Below the pieces are notes generated by a model. The model saw only the letters and a list, made by a program, of their open reading frames with translations. It was not told the origin of the DNA and did not search any database. Shown in pieces: positions 28,710 to 38,573 of a stretch of DNA of 64,000 nucleotides. Positions within the stretch are counted from its first letter, which is position 1. Each line of letters begins with the position of its first letter. Both the position numbers and the translations under genes were made by a program. Source of the DNA: Puniceicoccales bacterium (GTDB lineage: Bacteria > Verrucomicrobiota > Verrucomicrobiia > Opitutales > LL51); assembly GCA_031257405.1 (NCBI GenBank), contig JAIROS010000002.1, forward strand, positions 10,512 to 74,511, written 5' to 3'.

Positions 28710-30761
28710 CCAGCCAATACCAGAAAATATCGCCCCACCCCTCTCCTCAAAATTAATCGCCTCAAAAAAATCCCGGCCAACCTCCCGAATAAATCGACTG
28801 CGCTGCAAAGGTGCCGGAAAATAATTCTTCTTACCATCCACAACCGCCTGGCTCGGCACACATAAATATAATTCCCGCCGCGCCCGCGTCACCGCTACAT
28901 AAAATAACCGCCGCTCTTCGCGAATTTCCTCCTCCGCTACCGCCCGCTTCAAAGGAAAACTGTTTTCGTTGAGCCCAATGATGAATACCGCCGCAAATTC
29001 TAGCCCCTTCGCCTGATGCACCGTACTTAAACGCAAACTCTCCGCCATATTCGCATCCTCCCCATTCGACTCCGATTGCAATAGCGCCACCTGCTGGATC
29101 AACTCCGATAAATCCCGAAATTTACCGCAAAAATTCGCAAACCCCTCAACGTCATCCCAACGCGCCTGCCAATTCGTATAATTCCGTTTCAAATACTCGC
29201 CATATTCGCCGTCGAGGATGAAAAAAATCATTTCGCCGATGCCCTCAAAAGATATCGATTTTTCCGCCGTTTGCTGCGCGCATTCGAAGAGATCCGCCGG
29301 GGGACGCGGAGGCTGATCCCCGCAAAAATCTGACGCACCGGAGTACAACCCCCGTAAAACACGCGTAAAAGGCCACCAATATTCCAACGCCGCCGCCGGA
29401 ATTTTCTTGACAATTTCCTCCTCCTCAAATAACGAAAAAAGATCCCGCCGCGCCATCTCGGCCGACTGCTGCAAATACAGTAAAATGCGCTCCGCCGTCT
29501 TCTCACCGACCTTCGGAAAACGACACAATAGCCGCACAAATGCCCGCGAATCCCGCGGATTGATAATAAAACGTAAAAATGATAAAATATCTTTGATATG
29601 CGCCTGCTCGAAAAATCGCACGCCACTCGTGATCGCGTAAGGAATATTGTGGCGCGTCAGCTCCATTTGCAGCTCCATCGACTGGTAATGCGCCCGGTAC
29701 AAAACGGCGATCTCCGATAGCGGGTAGCCCTCGCCGAGTAAGCCGGTCAGCCGCTTAATGATGAAATTTGCCTGTTGGCGCGCGTCGAGTACGGAGACGA
29801 CGAGGGGTTTGCGGAAGGCATTTTTCGTCGACCTCAAAATCTTCGCGTACTCAAACTTCTCCGCTACGGGAATCTCGTTCGCAAAATCCAGGATCTCCGG
29901 CGTACTGCGATAATTCACCTGCACCTTCGTCACCCTCGTCTGCGGGTACCGCTGCGGGAATTCGATAATGCTCCTAATATCCGCGCCGCGCCAGGTGTAA
30001 ATGCATTGCGCATCGTCGCCCACCGCAAAAATTTGTCCATTTTGCGCCATTAGGTCGATCATTTTCAGCTGAATCGGGTTGGTATCCTGATATTCGTCGA
30101 CTAAAATGTGGCGAAATTGCTGGTTATAGTGCGCTGCGACGTCCGGTTTTTCCTCCAATAACCGCACAAAATGGCACAGCAAATCGTCGTAATCCATAGC
30201 ATTTTGCTCGGATTTGATCGATTGGTAGCGGTCGATAAAGCGCTTCAGCATTCCCCCGTGATCCGCCAGATAGGGGTATTTTTCCTCGATCACGCGCGCC
30301 ACCGTCCGCATCGCATTGCGCGAAAAACTCACCACCTCAAACAGTACGCGTGCCGTCGGATTACTCTTATTCTTCGGGAAATCGGGCGCAATCGACCGCA
30401 TGGCGCCGTCAAATAACGCCAGCGAATCGTCCTCATCGAGAATAACAAAATTAGGATTTTCCATGTGGCGCCGCAGTAAACGCTGGCAGATGTGGTGGAA
30501 AGTGCCCCCATAAAATAAATTATTTGTAAATCCCGTCAACGCCTCCACGCGCTGGAGCATTTCTCGCGCGGCCTTATTGGTAAAAGTGAGGAGGAGAATA
30601 TTTTCCGGCGACGCGCCTTTTTCGAGTAACCAAGCCACGCGGTAGGTCAACGTCCGTGTTTTTCCGGTCCCCGCACCCGCTAAAATGAGGTTTGTCGGGC
30701 TTTGGGAAATAACGGCCGCGTACTGTTCTTCATTGAGTTCTGTTTCGAAATCGATCGCCAT
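28680..30761 (-). CDS. UvrD/PcrA/Rep-family ATP-dependent DNA helicase
   Basis: 693-aa ORF with Walker A (AGAGTGKTRT), motif II (VDEYQDTN), and LTFTNKAAREM. The last 30 nt of the ORF overlap tRNA-Pro. Confidence 0.9.
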   Translation of the reverse strand: MAIDFETELNEEQYAAVISQSPTNLILAGAGTGKTRTLTYRVAWLLEKGASPENILLLTFTNKAAREMLQRVEALTGFTNNLFYGGTFHHICQRLLRRHMENPNFVILDEDDSLALFDGAMRSIAPDFPKNKSNPTARVLFEVVSFSRNAMRTVARVIEEKYPYLADHGGMLKRFIDRYQSIKSEQNAMDYDDLLCHFVRLLEEKPDVAAHYNQQFRHILVDEYQDTNPIQLKMIDLMAQNGQIFAVGDDAQCIYTWRGADIRSIIEFPQRYPQTRVTKVQVNYRSTPEILDFANEIPVAEKFEYAKILRSTKNAFRKPLVVSVLDARQQANFIIKRLTGLLGEGYPLSEIAVLYRAHYQSMELQMELTRHNIPYAITSGVRFFEQAHIKDILSFLRFIINPRDSRAFVRLLCRFPKVGEKTAERILLYLQQSAEMARRDLFSLFEEEEIVKKIPAAALEYWWPFTRVLRGLYSGASDFCGDQPPRPPADLFECAQQTAEKSISFEGIGEMIFFILDGEYGEYLKRNYTNWQARWDDVEGFANFCGKFRDLSELIQQVALLQSESNGEDANMAESLRLSTVHQAKGLEFAAVFIIGLNENSFPLKRAVAEEEIREERRLFYVAVTRARRELYLCVPSQAVVDGKKNYFPAPLQRSRFIREVGRDFFEAINFEERGGAIFSGIGWWSGRPDSNR

Positions 30762-30764
30762 CCG

Positions 30765-31700
30765 CTAAAGGAAACGGCCCATTCGACTTTTGGCAACTTT
30801 TATATCGTGGCGGATTTGGTCCACGAGGAGCACCTGCGACGTAAATTGTTTTTCCCGGCGAATATGGCTCCAAAATTGGACCTCGATCGGCAAACTCTGC
30901 CCGTGGAGAACAACCGGATCGAAACTGTGGACCTCCAAACTAACCCCCGAAACTTCCCGAAAAAACGTCGGACGCGTGCCAAAATTCGCTACACCCCAAG
31001 TGAATTCCCCCTCGCTATTGAGGCGGTAGCGGACTAAATAGACGCCCAATTTCAGCAGCAACTCATTTTCGAAGCGCACGTTCAGCGTCGGGTAGCCCAA
31101 TTTTCGCGCGATCCCGCGGCCAGTAAAAGTCGTCCCCAGCATGTAATAGGGAAACCCCAGCATGCGATTGGCGCGATCCACGTAGCCGTCGCTGAGGCAC
31201 TTGCGGACGTTCGAACTGCTCACCCGCTGACTCTCAAAAAATACCGACTTCTGAATCGTAACGCCAAAATCGCGCGATAAATCCTGTAAAAGCCACGGAT
31301 CGCCCTCGCAACCTTGGCCAAATTTAAAATTCTCTCCGACGCAAATCCCTACCAATTTGGGGAATTTTTTTTGTAATAAAATAGTAAAATTTCTCGCCCT
31401 GATCGCGCCAAACGCCTCCGTAAAACACTGCTCAACGAAGTAATCCACCGCCAACAATTCCAACCGTTCGATTTTTTGTTCCCGCGTCAAAATAAGCTTT
31501 TTGGGGCGATTCAAAATCACCGACGGGTGGGGCCAAAAGGAGTAGACAACGGCCGCTGCCCGGAGCCGTTGCGCTTCATTTTTCGCCGAAATGATGACCG
31601 CTTGGTGCCCGATGTGCAGGCCGTCGAAAGCCCCCACCGCTAGCACAACAGGCCGCTCAATGGGAACAAAATCGTCCTTCGCCGTCAAAATTCGCTCCAT
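30765..31700 (-). CDS. ribF: Bifunctional riboflavin kinase / FMN adenylyltransferase
   Basis: 311-aa ORF (VLAVGAFDGLHIGHQ... plus a C-terminal kinase domain GRGIARKLGYPTLN). It follows truB, as is usual. Confidence 0.9.
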   Translation of the reverse strand: MERILTAKDDFVPIERPVVLAVGAFDGLHIGHQAVIISAKNEAQRLRAAAVVYSFWPHPSVILNRPKKLILTREQKIERLELLAVDYFVEQCFTEAFGAIRARNFTILLQKKFPKLVGICVGENFKFGQGCEGDPWLLQDLSRDFGVTIQKSVFFESQRVSSSNVRKCLSDGYVDRANRMLGFPYYMLGTTFTGRGIARKLGYPTLNVRFENELLLKLGVYLVRYRLNSEGEFTWGVANFGTRPTFFREVSGVSLEVHSFDPVVLHGQSLPIEVQFWSHIRREKQFTSQVLLVDQIRHDIKVAKSRMGRFL

Positions 31701-31706
31701 GACCGC

Positions 31707-32393
31707 TCACAGAATATCCGTAATCGGCAGGAGGCAATGCTCAATTTCGCGGCATTCCATGGCGAGCAAACGGTCCAACGGCACCGCCCGCTCCAGAGGA
31801 AAATGCCCCGTTTTCGTCCGCCGCAAATCCGATAAATAAGCCCCGCAAGCCAACTTTTGCCCCATATCGTGCACCAGCGTCCGCACGTAAGTCCCCTTCG
31901 AACACGTTACCGTAAAATTTACCTTGGGGAGCGCCACTTTTTGAATAAAAAATTCGTAAATTTTTACCGGTCGCGGCTCCCGTTCAATCGTTTCCCCTCG
32001 GCGCGCCCACTTGTAAAGCGGCTGGCCATTGATTTTTTTCGCCGAAAACATAGGGGGTAACTGCCACTGATCGCCCAAAAATTGCTGCGCACATCGGCGA
32101 ATTTCCTGCTCCGATACTCGAATTTCACGGGTCGCGACGACTTCGCCCTCCCGATCGTAGGAATCCGTCTCTTGCCCCAAACGGAGCGCTCCGGCGTAAG
32201 TTTTGTCCTGGTTGGTGACGTACTGGGAAATTTTCGTCGCATTGCCGATAAGTAAAATGAGGAGTCCCGTCGCCATCGGATCTAGAGTCCCCGCGTGGCC
32301 GATTTTCCGAATCCCTAGACGGTGGCGCAACTTGGCTACGACATCGTGAGACGTCCATCCAGACGGCTTATCAACTAATAAAATGCCATTCAT
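31707..32393 (-). CDS. truB: tRNA pseudouridine-55 synthase
   Basis: 228-aa ORF (NGILLVDKPSGWTSHDVV..LR......KIGHAGTLDPMATGLL). Confidence 0.94.
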   Translation of the reverse strand: MNGILLVDKPSGWTSHDVVAKLRHRLGIRKIGHAGTLDPMATGLLILLIGNATKISQYVTNQDKTYAGALRLGQETDSYDREGEVVATREIRVSEQEIRRCAQQFLGDQWQLPPMFSAKKINGQPLYKWARRGETIEREPRPVKIYEFFIQKVALPKVNFTVTCSKGTYVRTLVHDMGQKLACGAYLSDLRRTKTGHFPLERAVPLDRLLAMECREIEHCLLPITDIL

Positions 32394-33388
32394 AAATGGT
32401 TTTCAGAGAAGGAATTCAGGTGCACTTGCAACGCATTTATAAATGTTTTTTCAAACTTTACGTAGGGATCACTCACCGTAAACGCTACCGCGCAAAAATG
32501 CCCCCCTCCAAAAAATTTGGCCGCAAAAAGATCCAACCGTAACCCCGGATCGTCCGAACGCAAACTAATGCGCGTCTTCCCCTCCCGATCGTAGGCAATC
32601 GCCGCAACCCGTACCCCCTTTATCGTGCGCGGAAAATTCACCAATCCCTCCGTATCCGCCGCCACCGTCCCCGTCTCAACAAAATCCCGCTCCGTTACCC
32701 GTCCCACACAAATCGTACCATCGGCGTAAAATTTTAAAGAACCTAAAAATCGCTGCATGAGCGCAAATTTTTCCCGCGACTCATTCTCGTAAATTTCAAG
32801 GAAAATGCGATGGGGCTCCGCGCCTTGTAGGGCGAGTTGCGAGGCCAAAAATAGGGTACGGGCCGCCGTCGATGAGTAGCTGAATTTCCCCGTATCGGTG
32901 ACGATCCCGACGTACAACGCCGTCGCCGTACGTTCCCCGATGGGCCATTTTTTCTGGTCGACGAAATCCGCAATAACCTCACAAGTCGCCGCCGCTTCGG
33001 GGTAAAAAAAATTATACTGCGCAAACCGCTCCCCCGAAATGTGGTGATCGATGAGCATCAGTGGCCGGGGCAATTTTTTAGCAAAATCGCCAGCCCGTAC
33101 CATAATCCCGCAATCCACAAAAATATATTCGTCGGCAACAATCTCCTCCGCCTTAACCAATTCCCACTGCCCACTCAACCACCGCAAATTGGCCGCGATG
33201 GGCTCATCCTGCAGCCCCATGATCGGGACCGCACCGCACCGCGTCAGGATATCATGCATGGCGATTTGTGCCCCCAAACAGTCGCCGTCCGGATGCAAGT
33301 GCCCCAGAATCCCGACCCGTTTCCCTTGCAATTGCTCGCAAATGGAAAAAAATGTTTCGGCGCCATCGAAGCGCTCGAGTGCCCTCAT
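32390..33388 (-). CDS. DHH-family phosphoesterase (NrnA-like)
   Basis: The ORF track gives 32390..33433. The ATG at 33388 abuts the tal stop. Motifs: HLHPDGDCLG, FVDCG, LIDHH and GGGH. Confidence 0.85.
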   Translation of the reverse strand: MRALERFDGAETFFSICEQLQGKRVGILGHLHPDGDCLGAQIAMHDILTRCGAVPIMGLQDEPIAANLRWLSGQWELVKAEEIVADEYIFVDCGIMVRAGDFAKKLPRPLMLIDHHISGERFAQYNFFYPEAAATCEVIADFVDQKKWPIGERTATALYVGIVTDTGKFSYSSTAARTLFLASQLALQGAEPHRIFLEIYENESREKFALMQRFLGSLKFYADGTICVGRVTERDFVETGTVAADTEGLVNFPRTIKGVRVAAIAYDREGKTRISLRSDDPGLRLDLFAAKFFGGGHFCAVAFTVSDPYVKFEKTFINALQVHLNSFSENHL

Positions 33389-34311
33389 AGCTGCGCCCCG
33401 ACGAGTTCCCTCAGCCGGCGAATATCGCGGCAAAAAAGACGGATCCCCTCCGATAATTTCTCCTCCGCCATCCGATTTTCATTGAGCGACAGCCGGAAAT
33501 CGGACTCCCTGAGCTGTAATTTTGGCCCGGAAATATCCCCCTCCAACGCACCCATTTTATCCTCCACAACACCCTCCATCTGCGCCAATTCGCCGAGGAA
33601 TTTCGGGTTAATGGTGAGTAGATCGCAGCCCGCCAGCGCCAAAATCTCGTCCACATCGCGAAAACTAGCCGCCATGATCTCCGTCCTGTAGCCCCATTTT
33701 TTGTAGTAGGCGAAAATTTTCCGCACCGACTCCACCCCCGGATCAAAATGATCAGCCAAAATCTCGGGATTATTCAGCTTGTACCAGTCCAAAATGCGGC
33801 CCACAAACGGCGAAATGAGCGTCACGCCGGCCTCCGCACACGCCACCGCCTGCTCCAAAGAAAATATTAGCGTCATATTGCAGTGAATGCCGCCCTCTTC
33901 GAGGACCCGCGCCGCCCGAATACCCTCCCACGTCGCCGCAATTTTTATGAGAACAGATTGGCGCGAAATCCCCTTCGCACGATACAAATCCGCCAACGTC
34001 TGCGCCCTGTCGACCGTCGCCGCAACGTCGAATGACAAATGGGCGTCGACCTCCGTCGAAACGCGGCCAGGAATAATTTTCAAAATCTCTACCCCCATCT
34101 CAACAATAAGGCGATCCATTATTTGCTCCACACCCAGACCATCGTAAAATGTCAAGATATTTTTCAAAAAATATGGATTTTGGGCGACAGTATTGAGTAC
34201 AATGGACGGATTGGTCGTCGCATCCCGCGGTAAAAATTTCTCAATCGCCGCCAAGTCTCCCGTGTCGGCAGCAATCCTGGAAAACGCCCTGAGTTGATCC
34301 AATAAATGCAT
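33385..34311 (-). CDS. tal: Transaldolase
   Basis: The ORF track gives 33385..34371. The ATG at 34311 gives MHLLDQLRAFSRIAADTGDLAAIEKF..RDATTNPS, the canonical transaldolase N-terminus. The IKIA.TWEGI lysine motif is present. Confidence 0.92.
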   Translation of the reverse strand: MHLLDQLRAFSRIAADTGDLAAIEKFLPRDATTNPSIVLNTVAQNPYFLKNILTFYDGLGVEQIMDRLIVEMGVEILKIIPGRVSTEVDAHLSFDVAATVDRAQTLADLYRAKGISRQSVLIKIAATWEGIRAARVLEEGGIHCNMTLIFSLEQAVACAEAGVTLISPFVGRILDWYKLNNPEILADHFDPGVESVRKIFAYYKKWGYRTEIMAASFRDVDEILALAGCDLLTINPKFLGELAQMEGVVEDKMGALEGDISGPKLQLRESDFRLSLNENRMAEEKLSEGIRLFCRDIRRLRELVGAQL

Positions 34312-34551
34312 CGGCCCCTGGATAAATAAAACGCCCCAAAAAGCAATCCATTTTACTTGCTTCGCGGCCATATTGATACAATTTATCCGCTACATATGTT
34401 GCATGCGTTGTTATTTTTTGTTTTGTTGGCGCTGATCCCTTTATTGGGCTAAAAAAAGAAATGCTCGGAAAGTGTACGCCTTCGAACCCGTCCGTAAAAG
34501 TTTTACATTTTGGCGCACAAATGCGGCCTCTATTTTTACAAAACTCGCCGC

Positions 34552-35142
34552 CTATTCCCCAATTTGAAAGCGCGCAAAACGACTAATGCGAATATTTTCG
34601 CCGATGATCGCTATCGTCGCCGCGATGTGATCGTTTACCGTTTTTTCCTGATCCTTTACAAAAGGCTGCTCCAGCAGGCAAATTTGCTGGTACCACTTGT
34701 CCAACTTCCCCTCAACAATTTTATCGATGGCGTGCTGCGGTTTGCCCTGCGCCTGAGCACCCGCAATCTCCCTTTCACCGCCAACCACGTCGGCCGGAAT
34801 ATCCTTGCGGGCAATGTACAACGGGTTCGCCGCCGCAATGTGCATGCAAATGTCACGCGCCAGTTGCCTAAATTCCGAATTTTTGGCGACAAAATCAGTC
34901 TCGCAATTGAGCTCCAGGAGCACGCCGATGCGCCCGCCGCCGTGAATGTAAGATTCCACGATCCCCTCGTTCGCCTCGCGCCCTAACTTCTTCGCCGCCG
35001 TCGCAATGCCTCTTTTCTTCAAAATTGTGATCGCCCGCTCAAAATCGCCTTCCGCTTCGACAAGCGCCCTCTTGCAATCCACAAAACCCGCCCCCGTACT
35101 CCCGCGGAGATCACTCACCAATTTCGCACTAATTTCCACCAT
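34552..35142 (-). CDS. tsf: Elongation factor Ts
   Basis: 196-aa ORF (LR..TGAGF.DCK.AL.EA.GD.E.A...L...G) immediately after rpsB. Confidence 0.93.
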   Translation of the reverse strand: MVEISAKLVSDLRGSTGAGFVDCKRALVEAEGDFERAITILKKRGIATAAKKLGREANEGIVESYIHGGGRIGVLLELNCETDFVAKNSEFRQLARDICMHIAAANPLYIARKDIPADVVGGEREIAGAQAQGKPQHAIDKIVEGKLDKWYQQICLLEQPFVKDQEKTVNDHIAATIAIIGENIRISRFARFQIGE

Positions 35143-35151
35143 TTTCGCTCC

Positions 35152-36072
35152 CTATGCTTCACTTTCCGACGCCTTTTCGTCCGATTTTTCCTCCGATTTT
35201 CCCGCCGTAGGACGCCTTTTCCGCGGTACGGCAGGCTTCTCGCGACTCGCAATCGCCGCTTCCTCGTCCTTCACCGTCACCTTCTCAGCCCCACTCTCAA
35301 GAGCCGCATCCATCGTCACCCCGTCGCCGCCAGCTAACTCCCCTTTCGTTACAATTTTTTGCCGCTGCCGCTGACCGGATTGCTTCGCCTCGTAAGCCGC
35401 TTGTCCCGTTTTGATCGCGTCGACAACGGCTTCCAAAATAATCCGGATCGATTTCGTCGAATCGTCGTTGGCCGGAATGGGGTAAGTCACCTGCGTCGGG
35501 TCGGAATTCGTATCGACCATCGCCACAACGGGAATATTAAGGCGCTTCGCCTCCGCCGCCGCAATATCCTCATGGTACACATCCACAATAAACAACGCAT
35601 CGGGCAGGTCATTCACCGCCAACATCCCCTCAAAACCGCGCTGCATCCGCGCCATCTGCCGACGAATTACCGCCGCTTCCTTCTTCAACATCGCAGCCAA
35701 TGAACCGTCCGCTTCCATGGTTAAAAATCGACGATATTTGTTTAAACTGCGCCTAACGGTCTCAAAATTCGTCAAACACCCGCCTAGCCAACGACTCACG
35801 CAAAACGGCATTTCCACCGAAATCGCCGCCTCCCGTACAAACTCTTGCGCCTGCTTTTTCGTCGCAACAAATAAAATCTGCCGCCCCTTAGCCGCCAGTT
35901 CCTGCAGAAACGCACACGCATCTCCGAGACACTGATACGTTTTTTCGAGATCAATAATCGAAATACCACCCCTATGGTCGTAGATGAAATTTTTGGACTT
36001 GGGATTCCAGCGGCGTTTTTGGTGGCCGAGATGCACCCCCGCTTCAAACAAATCACTAATGCTAATATTCAT
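35152..36072 (-). CDS. rpsB: 30S ribosomal protein S2, with a charged C-terminal extension
   Basis: 306-aa ORF (LFEAGVHLGHQKRRWNPK...FVATKKQAQ...). The last 70 aa or so are Lys/Glu/Ser-rich, beyond the usual S2 core. Confidence 0.95.
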   Translation of the reverse strand: MNISISDLFEAGVHLGHQKRRWNPKSKNFIYDHRGGISIIDLEKTYQCLGDACAFLQELAAKGRQILFVATKKQAQEFVREAAISVEMPFCVSRWLGGCLTNFETVRRSLNKYRRFLTMEADGSLAAMLKKEAAVIRRQMARMQRGFEGMLAVNDLPDALFIVDVYHEDIAAAEAKRLNIPVVAMVDTNSDPTQVTYPIPANDDSTKSIRIILEAVVDAIKTGQAAYEAKQSGQRQRQKIVTKGELAGGDGVTMDAALESGAEKVTVKDEEAAIASREKPAVPRKRRPTAGKSEEKSDEKASESEA

Positions 36073-36182
36073 GTTGTGCTCCGTACCCGCGAAGGAGCGC
36101 AGACTCTCCAGAACCGCTCCTCACGACCCCAAAAACACACGCTCGCCCTCCGCAGACCTTGGATAAATTTTGACTATGGCCC

Positions 36183-36211
36183 CAATAATTTCTTTTTTTT
36201 CATAATTTCAA
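36183..36211 (-). promoter_or_regulatory. Putative rpsB-tsf promoter (AAAAATAGC-TTGAAA)
   Basis: The minus strand reads ctaaaaaatagcTTGAAAttatgaaaaaaaagaaaTTATTGggg, directly after the ispH stop. The same AAATAGCTTGA architecture occurs at other genes. Confidence 0.3.
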
Positions 36212-36212
36212 G

Positions 36213-37118
36213 CTATTTTTTAGAAATTTCATCAAAAATTTGCTGCAAAACGTCCCGTGGCGTCGATGCACCGGCCGCGATGCCGATTTTTTTGTAGGAC
36301 GCGAGATCGAGTGCCGCCGCCTGCGCAACGCCTTCTACCCAAAAAACGCGGGAGCCCCATGCCCCAATTTTTTCAAATAAACGCCGCGTATTCGCCGAGT
36401 GAAATCCGCCTACAACGATCGCCGCGTCGCAGTTTTTCAGTGCTTCGAGACCTAATTGCCGCGCCTTTGTCGCCGGACAAATTGTGTCAAAAATTTTAGC
36501 AGGGAAATGTTTTTTTTTACATAAAATGCTTGCCGCTTTCAAAAAATCTATATCCAATGTGGACTGGCAGATTATAACCCAATCGCACGTTTCGCCGGGA
36601 TCAGGATTTTTATTTTTACAAATATTTACATTATCTTTATAATTATAGCGCACGGCATCGATGTATTGCGCCAGTTCCGCGAGATTTCCACAAACGCAAA
36701 TATTCCCAGAATAACCGCATAATCCCTCGATCTCCGCGTGGTCGCGATCCCCCAAAAGAATGATTTTTTTACATTTATTGGCCTCGATCGTCCGCGCAAT
36801 GCGACGCACCAAAGGACAAGTGCAATCCACAATTTTACATCCAAAATTTTCTAAATAAAGGCGGCGCCCCGGCGAAATCCCGTGGGCACGGACGATGATC
36901 GTATCCCCACCGCAAACCACCGAATCCCGCCGCAACAGCCGCATCCCTAACGCCCATAATCGCTCATTCACCGCGCCATTGTGTACCAATTCGCCCTCCA
37001 AAAAAATATGCCCGCACTGCCTATTTTGCGCCACATTTAACACTTTTTTTACGGCAGCCGCGACGCCCCCACAAAACCCGGAAGCGGGAGCCATAATCAC
37101 TTCGCGACCTCCGCTCAT
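36213..37118 (-). CDS. ispH: 4-hydroxy-3-methylbut-2-enyl diphosphate reductase
   Basis: 301-aa ORF (GFCGGV..AV...; VRAHG.SP; three conserved Cys; STLD). Its start overlaps the fabD stop (ATGA). Confidence 0.9.
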   Translation of the reverse strand: MSGGREVIMAPASGFCGGVAAAVKKVLNVAQNRQCGHIFLEGELVHNGAVNERLWALGMRLLRRDSVVCGGDTIIVRAHGISPGRRLYLENFGCKIVDCTCPLVRRIARTIEANKCKKIILLGDRDHAEIEGLCGYSGNICVCGNLAELAQYIDAVRYNYKDNVNICKNKNPDPGETCDWVIICQSTLDIDFLKAASILCKKKHFPAKIFDTICPATKARQLGLEALKNCDAAIVVGGFHSANTRRLFEKIGAWGSRVFWVEGVAQAAALDLASYKKIGIAAGASTPRDVLQQIFDEISKK

Positions 37119-38038
37119 CGGCCGAACGCCAGCGCTAAACGATCTTCGTACTCCCCAAACGGCAAAACTTGAAATTCATCGTCGATCCGCTTCGCCATGC
37201 TAACCAGCGTTTTCCCAGCCCCGCACTGGTAAAAATGCAACACACCCGCCCACTTAGCCGCCTTCATGCAGTCCCACCACCGAACCGGTGCCGTAATTTG
37301 CTGGATCAATAAATCCTTAATTTGTGCCGAATTGCGCATCATTTCGCCCGTCACATTGCTGATCACCGGTATTTTAGGGGTCTGGAATTTTATTTTTTTT
37401 AAAAAAATTGCAAAACGATCGCGCGCCGGCTCCATCAGCGAACTGTGAAACGCTCCCGCCACATTTAAAGCTACCGCCTTCCCCCCTGTTATTTCGGGCG
37501 TAATCTCAATGGCACGCTGGATTTTTTCCCTCTCCCCAGACAAAACAACTTGCCCAGGACCATTGATATTCGACATTTCGACGCCACATAAATTGCACAA
37601 ATCTTTTACAGAATCGACAGTCGCCCCTAAAACGGAAACCATTTCGCCGCCCGTCATCTCGCACGCTTCCTGAATAAAATCTCCTCTTTTTTGCACAATT
37701 TTTACACCAGTTTTAAAATCGAATACCCCCGCAATGGCTAGGGCCGTCAATTCTCCGATGCTCAACCCCATCGCTAACGCCCACTCTCGGCCGCCGATCA
37801 GCTCCTCCAAAACCCGCGCCGCCGCAAATTGATGGACAAATAGCGCAGGTTGGCAATAGCGGCTTTTGGTCAACGTCTCGATTGGCCCAGCAAAACACAA
37901 CTTTTCCAGGTCGTAACCTAAAATCGAACTCGCCTCCTGAAATAACTTCGCCGCCGTTTCGTAATGCTCTACAAGCGACCGCCCCATGCCAACTATCTGC
38001 GTCCCCTGCCCCGGAAAAAGTAGCCCAACTTCCCTCAT
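37115..38038 (-). CDS. fabD: Malonyl-CoA:ACP transacylase
   Basis: 307-aa ORF (LFPGQGTQ.VGMG; the active site reads GLSIGE here, against the usual GHSLGE; the second conserved His is in AFHS). Confidence 0.9.
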   Translation of the reverse strand: MREVGLLFPGQGTQIVGMGRSLVEHYETAAKLFQEASSILGYDLEKLCFAGPIETLTKSRYCQPALFVHQFAAARVLEELIGGREWALAMGLSIGELTALAIAGVFDFKTGVKIVQKRGDFIQEACEMTGGEMVSVLGATVDSVKDLCNLCGVEMSNINGPGQVVLSGEREKIQRAIEITPEITGGKAVALNVAGAFHSSLMEPARDRFAIFLKKIKFQTPKIPVISNVTGEMMRNSAQIKDLLIQQITAPVRWWDCMKAAKWAGVLHFYQCGAGKTLVSMAKRIDDEFQVLPFGEYEDRLALAFGR

Positions 38039-38170
38039 CGCTAACTATTTAATGCAAACGGATCAGATGTCCAGCTATTTCACTGAACTTACTTTTTTTT
38101 AAAAAATTTCACAAAATAAAAACAATAAAAGACCCCGCCTGCGCAGCGCCTTACTCCGATAAACAAAATT

Positions 38171-38569
38171 TTAACGCTTCGAAAATTGAAAACGTTTCCT
38201 TGCGCCCGGTTGCCCCGATTTTTTACGCTCTTTCATACGGCCGTCGCGCGTCAGGTGGCCCGCCCTTTTCAAAATAGATCGCAATTGTGGGTCCATCTCG
38301 CAAAGCGCCCGCGCAATACCTAAACGAATCGCGCCCGCTTGACCAGAAATTCCACCCCCAAAAACACTAATCCGCGCGTCAATTTTGTCGGACATGCCCG
38401 CGGAAATCAGCGGAGATAATGCCATTTTTTGAGTTACTTCCTGGCAACAATAGGCATTGACAGGCTTCCCGTTGACAACAACCTCACCCGTTCCATTCGA
38501 AATCCTCACGCGCGCAATAGACGTCTTGCGCCGCCCCGTCCCTAAAAATTCTACCAAACGCTCCGCCAT
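38171..38569 (-). CDS. rpsI: 30S ribosomal protein S9
   Basis: The ORF track gives 38171..38629. The ATG at 38569 (MAERLVEFLGTGRRKTSIARV) follows the rplM stop. The C-terminus is ...KKSGQPGARKRFQFSKR. Confidence 0.94.
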   Translation of the reverse strand: MAERLVEFLGTGRRKTSIARVRISNGTGEVVVNGKPVNAYCCQEVTQKMALSPLISAGMSDKIDARISVFGGGISGQAGAIRLGIARALCEMDPQLRSILKRAGHLTRDGRMKERKKSGQPGARKRFQFSKR

Positions 38570-38573
38570 AATG

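Noticed and set aside
33041-33691. 216-aa plus-strand ORF spanning the nrnA-like/tal junction.
   Set aside because: It is antisense to two genes with clear catalytic motifs, and its Pro/Arg/Ser-rich translation is uninformative.
34372-34551. ttcgaaccc near 34480 as a possible additional tRNA between tal and tsf.
   Set aside because: The flanking bases cannot form a T-stem or an acceptor stem, so no cloverleaf could be built by hand.
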